Below are positions 40,517-49,740 of a stretch of DNA of 56,690 nucleotides, piece by piece. The translations under genes were made by a program, and so were the position numbers. A model generated the notes under the pieces. That model did not search any database, had not been told where the DNA came from, and worked only from the letters and a program-made list of their open reading frames with translations. The DNA comes from an uncultured delta proteobacterium. Its GTDB lineage: Bacteria; Desulfobacterota; Syntrophobacteria; BM002. The number at the start of each line of letters is the position of its first letter. Position 1 is the stretch's first letter. The DNA lies in contig CAVQGX010000025.1 in assembly GCA_963712115.1 (NCBI GenBank), positions 1-56,690 on the forward strand, given 5' to 3'.

Positions 40517-41042
40517 AAAGAAGCTCCTTCAAACTTCCTGTCCACTGTTCCTTGTCCCGGGAAGCCTTGTTGTCACTTCTCAGGTCAAAAGAAGTTTTAC
40601 CTGTATATTCAAGTAATATTAAATAATTTGCTTATATGTTGTATGATAAAAGATGGTCAAAGGATGTATTATCTAGAGGATTATGGCAAGGCACCCTCAC
40701 AATACATGCCTGATTCTTTTTGCAAAAGATGACGGCTTCTACTATAATCAGCTTGTACATTTTTGAACAATCACAGTGGTCATTTTTCCAGACATGGTTC
40801 ATCGAGGCCGGGAGTTGGGGTTGATTTGGGTTAACCAGTTACCCGGTTTGGTGATAAGGACGAGAATAAGAGCTCAGATGCAAGAATTAATACACCCCAA
40901 GCAACTGCTTCGGGGGATATGACTGCCATAACTGGGCTGGATCTAACGTACCCCTGGCGTATCTTTGCCACCTTCCCCGACCCAGTAATGGTGGTCAACA
41001 AGCAAGGACGGGTGGTTTTCATGAACCCTGCGGCCGAAGACC
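40489..41042. repeat. ~550-bp direct repeat, copy 1 (promoter plus truncated 5' end of the 47287 kinase)
   Basis: Colinear with 46936-47479; encodes MTAITGLDL..PAAED and then diverges. Confidence 0.92.
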
Positions 41043-41127
41043 AACTCGGTTTTTCGTTGTCGGCCTGGGAGTCCACTCGCTCCTGCAGCCAGCGCAAATT
41101 AATCTGACCAGATAGAATATATCTCGA

Positions 41128-43599
41128 GTGCGTGTCATGAGACGGAAACTGCCATTGGCTCTGATAAATCGGAGTCTGAGCGTCAAGCTCTTCCTGGCTG
41201 TGACCACGGTCATTGGCCTCACTATAGTGGCCTTTGTCCTGGTAAAGGTAGAGCATGAGAAGAAGACGCTAATCAGCCTTTTTCTGTGCCTCTCAGCCGG
41301 CCTTTATTTCTGCCTGCACTTTCTGGTGCTCAGGCCGGTGCGACGTTTGGCCGACATGGCCAAGCAGATTGACCACGGCGACTATGATGGGCGAGTCTCT
41401 GTTGGCAGTGAGGATGAATTGGGACAGTTAGCCGTGAGCCTCAATGAATTGAGCCGCAAGCTCAAAGTGCGCACCGCAGACCTGATTAAAAAGCGCGTGG
41501 ATTATCAGGCTCTGATCAGCAGCGTCAGCAACTATGTTGTGGCGATCAACCGCAATTTTGAAATAATTATGGTCAACGAGCGCTTTCAGAGTGAGTTTGG
41601 TATGCACGCGGAAGGCATCTGCTACCGGGATTGGAAGAATCGTTCCACCAAATGTGAGAATTGTCCGGTGGAGAGGAGCTTTCTGGATGGAAAAATCCAC
41701 ACCAGCGAGGAGACTGTTGTCTTTAAAGACGGCCGGCAGGGGCAAATGGAAGTGAGAACTACCCCCGTGAAAAACGAGCAGGGTGAAGTAATCTACGTGC
41801 TGGAGGCGGCCACCGACATTACCGAAAAGAGGAGACTGGAAGAAGAATTGGGTCCAGGGGCAGGTTCGCTGGAAGAGCGGGTGGCCGAGCGGTTTAAGCA
41901 TCTGCAGACATCGGAAGAGAAATATCGCACCATGTTTGAGCGCTGCCAGGATATGATTTTGTTCGCCGATCCCCAGGGAAAGATGGTGGATATCAATGCG
42001 TGCGGGGTCGACATGCTCGGGTATCGCAGCAAGGACGAACTACTCGCGGTTGGTTCCTTAAGCGAGCTTTTCGAAGATCCCGGTGAACTGGCGCGTTTTC
42101 GCCAGCAGTTGCTGGCAAATGGAATGGTGAGAGAGTTGGTGACTCGCTATAAGACCAAACAGGGTAACGCTTTAGATATTTCGCTCTCGGCGAATTTGAT
42201 CAGCGATGAGAATGGTCGGATCATCGGCTATGAGGGTATTGCACGCGATATTTCCCGACAGAAGCAGATGGTTGATGAGATGCGCCGCAACAGTGAGCAG
42301 CTTTCTGCCTTGAACCGAATTTCTCTGACGCTAAGCAGTTCACTCCAGGTGGAGGAGGTCCTGGCCAATACCATCGATCTCATTATTAGTGTGCTTCAGG
42401 TGGGAAGTGTTCGGGTCTATCTCCTGGCTGAGGGAGGAGAGCATCTTTACCTTGCTGCAGCCCGCGGCTTGTCACGTGAATTTGTCGAAAACCCACTTGT
42501 CCAGCGGAGAGCCCTGGGAGAAGGATTGCTGGGGGAGGTGGCCCAGCAGGGCGAGACGGTGATCGCGGAAGATACCAGCCAGGTGGGAACCCTCTACCGG
42601 GACGCGGTGCAAAAGGAAGGGTTACAGTCAGTGGCGTACATCCCTCTTCTCACCAAGGGGCGCACCGTGGGTGTTCTTAGTGCTTCCAGTCATTACAGTG
42701 AGAAGTTTTCCAGCCAGCAAATAGAGTTCCTCACCTCCATCGGCAACCAGATTGGCATGGCGGTGGAGAATGCCAATCTCTACGAAAAAACCAGGAAAGC
42801 ACTTGAAGATGTAAGCGCGGCCCAGGAGCAAGTGATGCGCACCGAGAAATTGGCTTCCCTGGGTAAGCTGGCGGCCACCATCGCGCACGAGATCAACAAT
42901 CCCCTTGCAGTGGTCCTCACCTACATCAGATTGATGCTCAAATTGATTGGCCGGCAGCACTTCACCCCGGAACGGCTGGAGGACATCAACCGCTACCTGG
43001 CCACCATGGAAGCAGAGACAAGTCGCTGCGGCGAGATTGTCAAGAACCTGTTGGCCTTTGCCCGCCAGTCCCAAATTGATATGAAAGCAAATTCGATCAG
43101 GAAGATTATTGACAGGACCTTGCCGCTCGTCTCACATGATCTAGAACTGCGGGGCATAAGGCTGGTGAAAAAGCTGGAAGAGCACCTACCTGACGTCCGA
43201 TGCGATTTCAAGCAGATTCAGCAGGTGCTTCTCAATGTTCTGGGTAATGCTGCCGAGGCGATGACCGAAGGGGGCACGCTGACCTTGCAGGTCTGCCAGG
43301 CGGCAAAAGGCGACTATGTGGAGGTGGCTGTCGCCGACACTGGCTGTGGTATTCCCCCTGAAAACCTGAAGGATATATTTGAACCCTTTTTCACCACCAA
43401 AGAAGAAAGGAAAGGGGTTGGTCTGGGTCTGGCCGTGGTATACGGCATTGTCGCCCGACACCATGGGACGGTAGAGGTGGAAAGCCCGCCTGTGGACGGG
43501 GAAAGCGGTAGCCGATTTCGCATCCGCTTGCCTATTGCTGTAGAGACCGGGGAGGCTGATGAGCCAGAAGGGGACAGCCAGATCTCGCACCAACTCTGA
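41128..43599 (+). CDS. Membrane histidine kinase (2TM-HAMP-PAS-PAS-GAF-HK)
   Basis: DELGQLA HAMP, PAS domains, GAF, AHEINNPL, FFTTK, GVGLGL. Confidence 0.93.
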   Translation: MRVMRRKLPLALINRSLSVKLFLAVTTVIGLTIVAFVLVKVEHEKKTLISLFLCLSAGLYFCLHFLVLRPVRRLADMAKQIDHGDYDGRVSVGSEDELGQLAVSLNELSRKLKVRTADLIKKRVDYQALISSVSNYVVAINRNFEIIMVNERFQSEFGMHAEGICYRDWKNRSTKCENCPVERSFLDGKIHTSEETVVFKDGRQGQMEVRTTPVKNEQGEVIYVLEAATDITEKRRLEEELGPGAGSLEERVAERFKHLQTSEEKYRTMFERCQDMILFADPQGKMVDINACGVDMLGYRSKDELLAVGSLSELFEDPGELARFRQQLLANGMVRELVTRYKTKQGNALDISLSANLISDENGRIIGYEGIARDISRQKQMVDEMRRNSEQLSALNRISLTLSSSLQVEEVLANTIDLIISVLQVGSVRVYLLAEGGEHLYLAAARGLSREFVENPLVQRRALGEGLLGEVAQQGETVIAEDTSQVGTLYRDAVQKEGLQSVAYIPLLTKGRTVGVLSASSHYSEKFSSQQIEFLTSIGNQIGMAVENANLYEKTRKALEDVSAAQEQVMRTEKLASLGKLAATIAHEINNPLAVVLTYIRLMLKLIGRQHFTPERLEDINRYLATMEAETSRCGEIVKNLLAFARQSQIDMKANSIRKIIDRTLPLVSHDLELRGIRLVKKLEEHLPDVRCDFKQIQQVLLNVLGNAAEAMTEGGTLTLQVCQAAKGDYVEVAVADTGCGIPPENLKDIFEPFFTTKEERKGVGLGLAVVYGIVARHHGTVEVESPPVDGESGSRFRIRLPIAVETGEADEPEGDSQISHQL

Positions 43600-43688
43600 T
43601 ATGACCACTCGAGTAGTGGGTAGATCTTCTATGCAGGTGTCCGGCATTAGAGATAAAACTGATAACCAACGGGATCGGAGGTTGCTGG

Positions 43689-45035
43689 ATGAGCAAAAAG
43701 ACCCGCATTCTTATAGTTGATGACGAGACTGCCATGAGAGAGTGCCTCCGGGACTGGCTTCTGGAGGACGGATATGAAGTGGGGCTGGCGGCCAGCGGTC
43801 CCGAGGCTATTGCCATGGCCAAGGATTACTCCTGGCATGTGGTGCTCTTGGATCTCAAAATGCCCGGCATGGACGGACTCCAGGCTCTGGCGGAATTGCG
43901 CCAGGTGGCTCCCGACGCCGAGGTGGTGATGATGACCGCCTATGCCACAGTGGATACTGCGGTGCAGGCCATGAAGAGTGGGGCTTTCGACTACCTGGTA
44001 AAACCCTTTGATCCGGATGAGGTGGAACTGCTGATCAAAAAGATTGTTTCCCACCATGAACTGGTGCTGGAAAACATTCTGCTTCGGCGGAGGCTGGAGG
44101 AGCGGGAAGAGTTTGATGAGATTATTGGGCAAAGTCAACCCATGCTGAATCTCTTTGAGACGCTGTCCCGGGTGGCGCCAGCGGATTCCACGGTGTTGAT
44201 CACAGGGGAGAGCGGCACCGGCAAGGAACTGGTGGCCCGGGCCATTCACGGAAACAGCCCTCGCTGTTATTATCCATTTATTACCGTGAGTTGTGGCGCT
44301 CTGCCCGACTCACTTTTAGAAAGCGAATTGTTTGGTCATGAGAAGGGGGCCTTTACCGGCGCCGACCAAACCCGCAAGGGCCGAATCGAGATGGCCAATG
44401 GCGGCACTCTCTTTCTGGACGAGATAGGTGAGATAAGCGCTAAGACCCAAGTGGATCTGTTGCGGGTGCTCCAGGAGAAGAAGATCCAGCGTCTTGGGAG
44501 CGAAGGGGAGATTCCGGTTGATGTTCGGATCCTCGCTGCCACCAATCGGGATCTGCTAAAGGCCATAGGTGAAAAACGCTTCAGGGAAGACCTATACTAC
44601 CGGCTCAACGTGATCTCCATCCATCTGCCCCCTCTGCGCGAGCGGCAAGAGGACATCCCAATCCTGGCCGAGAGTTTCATCCGCAAGTTCTGCCTGGAGA
44701 TGAACAAGGACCTGGTTAAGATCGGCCCGGAGGCCATGCGATTACTGACAAACTACCACTGGCCCGGTAATGTTCGGGAGCTGGAAAATATCATCGAGAG
44801 AGCCCTGGTTATCGGTACAGGCAAGGCCATCGTACCCGGTGATCTTCCATTCGGGCGTGGGCAGATGCAGGAAGCTGAACTGCCTGAATCGATCCAGGAG
44901 ATGGAGCGTCTGCATATCAAGCGCATTTTGAATAATACAGCGTGGAACATCAGCCAGAGCGCCCGTCGTTTGGGGATCGACCGTCAGACACTTTATAACA
45001 AAATGGAGAAATACGGCCTCAGCCGTGCTGAATAG
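43689..45035 (+). CDS. NtrC-family sigma54 response regulator
   Basis: Receiver, [17 protein letters not shown]. Confidence 0.95.
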   Translation: MSKKTRILIVDDETAMRECLRDWLLEDGYEVGLAASGPEAIAMAKDYSWHVVLLDLKMPGMDGLQALAELRQVAPDAEVVMMTAYATVDTAVQAMKSGAFDYLVKPFDPDEVELLIKKIVSHHELVLENILLRRRLEEREEFDEIIGQSQPMLNLFETLSRVAPADSTVLITGESGTGKELVARAIHGNSPRCYYPFITVSCGALPDSLLESELFGHEKGAFTGADQTRKGRIEMANGGTLFLDEIGEISAKTQVDLLRVLQEKKIQRLGSEGEIPVDVRILAATNRDLLKAIGEKRFREDLYYRLNVISIHLPPLRERQEDIPILAESFIRKFCLEMNKDLVKIGPEAMRLLTNYHWPGNVRELENIIERALVIGTGKAIVPGDLPFGRGQMQEAELPESIQEMERLHIKRILNNTAWNISQSARRLGIDRQTLYNKMEKYGLSRAE

Positions 45036-45047
45036 CAGAAATAGGGA

Positions 45048-45611
45048 ATGAGCATTCGCACGGATCACCCACCAGGCGTGATCATCCACCCACTTGGCCC
45101 GGTACCTGCGGGAATCCTCCAGCATCTGGCCATCAGTGTGCAGGATCGCTGTCAGATATCTTGCCTGGTGGGTGAACCCATGGAAAATCCGGGTTACGCT
45201 CAGGATCCTGAACGGGCACAGTACAGCTGCAAACGCATTTTGCAGCGATTGCACCGTTGCTGCTCGCCGCATTCCTGGCGGGTCCTGGCTGTGACCGAGA
45301 TAGATCTCTTTGTCCCCATCCTCAAATACGTTTTTGGCGCCGCCCAGATGGAAGGGAGATGTGCAGTCATCTCGCTCCATCGACTCCGCCCGCAGTTTTA
45401 CGGCGGCGAGGAAGATGAGCAACTCCTTCTGGAGCGGTTGGTAAAAACGGCTCTTCACGAACTAGGTCACTCCCTGGGACTTACCCACTGTCGGCGGCGC
45501 ACCTGTGTGATGTACTCCTCCACCCGCATTGATGATACTGATGCCAAAACGGCTGATTTCTGTACCACCTGCCGGGAACTTTTCCGCTGGCGTCTGCAAG
45601 GAGCAGTCTAG
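45048..45611 (+). CDS. Archaemetzincin-like (M54) zinc protease, copy 2
   Basis: RAQY, IDLFVPILKYVFGAA, HELGHSLGLTHC-x4-CVM...FCTTC. Confidence 0.88.
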   Translation: MSIRTDHPPGVIIHPLGPVPAGILQHLAISVQDRCQISCLVGEPMENPGYAQDPERAQYSCKRILQRLHRCCSPHSWRVLAVTEIDLFVPILKYVFGAAQMEGRCAVISLHRLRPQFYGGEEDEQLLLERLVKTALHELGHSLGLTHCRRRTCVMYSSTRIDDTDAKTADFCTTCRELFRWRLQGAV

Positions 45612-45836
45612 CCCACCAACTTCCAATTATGCCTATATTTTCGACAATGCGCCTATTTTCTAGACAGTAACAAAATTATATAATTATATCAGCATAATAA
45701 AAATTGCTTATGGCGAGAATCCTCGGAAGGAGTGTCGAATAATCCACCAATCCAAACCAGGGAGCCGAGAGAATTGTTGGTGGCATAAAGTGCAAAGTTG
45801 CAATATTATTAATCGGTTACTGAAGTAATCCATTGT

Positions 45837-45851
45837 TGGCATACTGTTTGC
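45837..45851 (+). promoter_or_regulatory. Sigma54 -24/-12 promoter
   Basis: TGGCAT-ACTGT-TTGC, 50 bp upstream of the GcvH-like gene. Confidence 0.85.
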
Positions 45852-45901
45852 TCTAAAGGGATAGCGAAATGAGATAATAATCCATACAGGAGGAGGATAT
45901 C

Positions 45902-46834
45902 ATGGCCGAAGCTAGCGAAAAGAAGTCTTTTAAGGTGGTGCCGCCAGGGAAGAAGAAGTGTATCTGGATGGAGGCCGGTGTGGTCTCTTACAAACTTTGC
46001 GACCATAACTTTGATTGTCCGACCTGCTCGTACGACCAGGGCATGCAGCTCAAGGTAGCCCGGCAGCGGGCGTCTCTAGCCGCTTTTCCGGTGGCCGAGC
46101 CCCTTCCCGAGGAATTTACCCCGACCTGGGTGGAGAAGGAAATGCAGTTGGCGGCCCACAGGCGCAGGTGCCGCTATATGCTCACCGGGGAAGTGGATCG
46201 AAAAATCTGTGCAAATGCTTATGAATGTGGCAACTGTGCTTTCGATCAGATGATGCAGGATCGGCTGCAGCCTTCAGAGCTTCCCGCCCAGGCCCACGCC
46301 TCTGTTGGTGGTTTCGAGCTTGCCGAGGGATTTTACTATCATGACGGCCACACATGGGCTCGACCGGAGTATGGTGGTCGTGTCCGTGTCGGTTTGGATG
46401 ACTTTGCCCGCAAACTTCTAGGGCGGCTGCGTCAGCTCAGTGTTCCCGAGGTGGGGCAGGCAGTGAAACAGGGTGAGGCCGCCATGGAGCTGCAGCGCAA
46501 CACCTCTCGGGTTAGAGCTCTGGCGCCGGTGGACGGCATTGTCACGCACGTCAACTACGAGGTATTGAACAATCCAAGTTTGATCCAGGAATCTCCCTAC
46601 GAGGCGGGCTGGCTTTTCATCATTGAGCCCACCCGACTGCGAAAAAATCTGAAGAACCTCTACTTCGGCGAGGAGGCCCAGAGCTATGTCGAGGAGGAAC
46701 GGGAACGACTTCTTGCACGGGTCCATCAGGATGACCGAATCGCAGCTGACGGTGGTCCGTCCGTGGATGACGTTACAGGGAATCTCAAGGATGAGGATTG
46801 GTCAAAATTGGTTAAGGAGTTTCTCAGAAGCTGA
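45902..46834 (+). CDS. GcvH-fold protein with tandem 4-Cys N-terminal domain, no lipoyl Lys (copy 2)
   Basis: YYHDGHTWARPE..VRVGLDDF..APVDGIVTHVN..PYEAGWL; Thr at the lipoyl-Lys position. Confidence 0.85.
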   Translation: MAEASEKKSFKVVPPGKKKCIWMEAGVVSYKLCDHNFDCPTCSYDQGMQLKVARQRASLAAFPVAEPLPEEFTPTWVEKEMQLAAHRRRCRYMLTGEVDRKICANAYECGNCAFDQMMQDRLQPSELPAQAHASVGGFELAEGFYYHDGHTWARPEYGGRVRVGLDDFARKLLGRLRQLSVPEVGQAVKQGEAAMELQRNTSRVRALAPVDGIVTHVNYEVLNNPSLIQESPYEAGWLFIIEPTRLRKNLKNLYFGEEAQSYVEEERERLLARVHQDDRIAADGGPSVDDVTGNLKDEDWSKLVKEFLRS

Positions 46835-46868
46835 CACCGAGGACTTCGAGTCTCAAGGTTTTGCTAAA

Positions 46869-46902
46869 CTCTCCCGGCCCCGCAACCGGGAGAGTTTTTT
46901 TT
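46869..46902 (+). terminator. Rho-independent terminator
   Basis: CTCTCCCGG-loop-CCGGGAGAG followed by T8. Confidence 0.85.
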
Positions 46903-46935
46903 GTGGTGAATCTTTCCATTCTTACTTTTCACCTT

Positions 46936-47479
46936 CACAGCCAAACACAATGAGCTTCTTCATATTGAAGCTCCTTCAAACTTCCTGTCAGCTTTTCTTT
47001 GTCCAGGAAAGCCTTGTTGTCACTTATTAGGTCAAGAGAAATTTTGTCTGTATATTCATGAAATATTAAATAATTTGTTTATATGTTGTATGATAAAAGT
47101 GGCTAAAAGATGAATTATTTTGGCAAGGCACCACCCTTATATATGTCCGATTCTTTTTGCAAAACATGATGGCTTCTACTATAATCGACTTGTACATTTT
47201 TGAACAAGCACGGTGCTATTTTTTCAGACATCGTTCATCGAGGCCGGGAGTTGTGGTTGATTTGGCTTAACCAGTAACCCGGTTTAATGATTAAGGACGA
47301 GAATATGAGCTCAGATGCAAGAATCAATACACCCAAAGCAACTGCTTCGGGGGATATGACTGCCATGACTGGGCTGGATCTAAAGTACCCCTCGCGTATC
47401 TTTGCCACCTTCCCCGACCCAGTAATGGTGGTCAACAGGCAAGGACGGGTGGTTTTTATGAACCCTGCTGCCGAAGACC
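46936..47479. repeat. ~550-bp direct repeat, copy 2
   Basis: Colinear with 40489-41042. Confidence 0.92.
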
Positions 47480-49689
47480 TCTTTGACTGTTCCGTGGGTG
47501 CTGGGGAAGAGTACCCTCTCTGCAGCGAAATTTTTGAAACCGATATAAAAGAGCACCCCTTTTCCATTGAACAGTGGTTGCGAGGCCGAGTACCCTTGAA
47601 CCGCGCCCCCCTTAGGTTGCGAAATCGTCAGGGGGGGTGGTCATCTTTGTCGGTTACCGTGACCCCCATTGAGGACGATGCAGAAAACGTTGTCGGCTGC
47701 CTGGCAATACTAAGGGATATTCACTCGGATCTCGAAGCTTGCCCCGAGATCCGAAACGAGCTCTCCACCCTGTCGAACATCCTCGACAACTTCCCCACGC
47801 CATTCTTCACCGTCGATCCCAATCTTGTCATCACCCATATGAATGAACTCATGGAAAAGCTCACGGGCTATACCAAGGAGGAGGTAGTCGGGCGCATGGA
47901 CTGTGCCAGGGTGCTCTGTGCGGACCAATGCCAGACAGACGCGTGTGTATTGCTCCACGCCATGGTGGATAGACGTCCCATTGCCGGGCTTCGGACGGTT
48001 CTCACCGATCGTCGAGGCAGGAGGATTCCGGTAGTAGTCAATGCTTCCCTCATCAGCGACGCGGAGGGAAATGTCATCGGAGGTTTCGAGGCCGTTCGTG
48101 ACATCAGTCGGCGAGTGGAAGCCGAAAAAAAGATCGAATTGCTCGCGGAGATGACCCAAGAAGGCATCCTGATGGCGGATGAAAACCATCGCGTCATCTT
48201 CGCCAACTCCCGGCTGGCGGAAATCACCGCACTGCCGAAGGAAGAGATTGTCGGCATGAGTATAAGTGAGCTCCTTTCTCCCCAACATGATGAGATGATT
48301 GCAAACCTACTGAGCGAACCGGATCCTGAGAATCTAGGGCACCTGTGCTTTTGCAGCACCCTGCAGGCAGACTTCAATCTGGAAGACACCTACCGCAGAT
48401 TTGAGACCTGCATAGGGGTTTCCCGCGTGGGTAAAAGCAGAATCACCTACCTGTACCTTCGGGACCTTACAGAGCGGATTGAGATCGAACGGGAACTCCG
48501 CAAGGCCAATACTTTTCTCAATAATATTATTCAGAGTTCCGTGGATGGTATCGTGGTTGTGGACACCAAGGGAAATGTCCTTGTTTTCAATGAAGGAGCC
48601 GAACGCATTTTGGGATACAAGGCCACGGAGTCCGTGGGCCACTCAGAAGTGCTTCTCAAGTTCTACGATCTAGATTTGGCTCGCGAGATGATGCGGCGGA
48701 TACGCAGCAGTGAATACGGGCCTCCTGGCAAACTAAACCCCACCCGCATCTCCTTTACCAGCAAGAGCGGTGAGGAGGTGCCGGTTAATTTCTCCGCTGC
48801 CATTATGAAGGAAGGAAATCGGGAAATTGGTAGTGTGGGCATCTTTTCCGACCTCCGTGAACACGAGCGGATGCGGCAGGAATTGGCCGACCTCCGTGAA
48901 CACGAGCGCATGCGGAGGGAGTTGGAACAGACCCAGAGGCAGTTGCTTCAAACCGAAAAGATTTCCTCCCTGGGCCGTCTGGCCGCTGGTGTGGCCCATG
49001 AAATCAATAATCCCCTCGCCGGGGTGCTCATTTATGCTGACATGCTGATGAAAGAAATCAAACACAATGAGCATTGGCGGCAGGATTTAGAGGAAATCAT
49101 CAACCAGACTCTGCGCTGCAAGCAGATTGTCTCGCGGTTGTTGGAGTTCAGTCGGCAATCTTTGGAGGAACGAGTCGTTTTTGATGTCAACGAGGTTATC
49201 GGTCACTGCGTGGAGCTGTTGGGGCGCCAGGCACTCTTCCACAATATCGAGATCATCCAGGATCTTGATTCAGCTCTCCCTCAGGTTCTGGGAAATCCAG
49301 GCGAACTCGAGCAGGTCTTCACCAACCTCATGATCAATGCTGCAGACGCGATGGATGGAAGCGGCAAGCTTACTATCAGCAGTCGCTCAGATTTGAAAGC
49401 AGAGCAGGTAATTTTGAAATTCACTGACACAGGCCCAGGGATCTCCCCGGCTATCAAGGACAAAATATTTGAACCCTTTTTCACCACCAAGCCTTTGGGC
49501 AAGGGAACCGGACTGGGGTTGTCAGTTGTCTATGGGGTTATTCAACGGCATGGCGGCCATGTACAGGTGGACAGCCCTAGTGATGGTGGCGCTACCTTTA
49601 CTATAAAGCTGCCTCTGGAGTCACCCTTTGTAATGTCCTACATGTTGAAGGAAGGCCCGGACTCAGATGAATCAAAGATGCTGAAGTAA
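47287..49689 (+). CDS. Multi-PAS sensor histidine kinase
   Basis: Four PAS domains; AHEINNPL, DTGPG, FFTTK, GTGLGL. Confidence 0.95.
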   Translation: MIKDENMSSDARINTPKATASGDMTAMTGLDLKYPSRIFATFPDPVMVVNRQGRVVFMNPAAEDLFDCSVGAGEEYPLCSEIFETDIKEHPFSIEQWLRGRVPLNRAPLRLRNRQGGWSSLSVTVTPIEDDAENVVGCLAILRDIHSDLEACPEIRNELSTLSNILDNFPTPFFTVDPNLVITHMNELMEKLTGYTKEEVVGRMDCARVLCADQCQTDACVLLHAMVDRRPIAGLRTVLTDRRGRRIPVVVNASLISDAEGNVIGGFEAVRDISRRVEAEKKIELLAEMTQEGILMADENHRVIFANSRLAEITALPKEEIVGMSISELLSPQHDEMIANLLSEPDPENLGHLCFCSTLQADFNLEDTYRRFETCIGVSRVGKSRITYLYLRDLTERIEIERELRKANTFLNNIIQSSVDGIVVVDTKGNVLVFNEGAERILGYKATESVGHSEVLLKFYDLDLAREMMRRIRSSEYGPPGKLNPTRISFTSKSGEEVPVNFSAAIMKEGNREIGSVGIFSDLREHERMRQELADLREHERMRRELEQTQRQLLQTEKISSLGRLAAGVAHEINNPLAGVLIYADMLMKEIKHNEHWRQDLEEIINQTLRCKQIVSRLLEFSRQSLEERVVFDVNEVIGHCVELLGRQALFHNIEIIQDLDSALPQVLGNPGELEQVFTNLMINAADAMDGSGKLTISSRSDLKAEQVILKFTDTGPGISPAIKDKIFEPFFTTKPLGKGTGLGLSVVYGVIQRHGGHVQVDSPSDGGATFTIKLPLESPFVMSYMLKEGPDSDESKMLK
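48848..48925 (+). repeat. In-frame 39-bp tandem duplication
   Basis: DLREHERMRQELA/DLREHERMRRELE. Confidence 0.9.
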
Positions 49690-49740
49690 AAAGTGCGGCT
49701 AGAGTTCTAGGACATCCATGGCCAAATAAGCAGGTATTCC

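Noticed and set aside
25503-46834. Calling the H-fold genes gcvH or lbpA
   Set aside because: No lipoyl Lys, extra Cys domain, no gcvP/T or lipoylation genes nearby.
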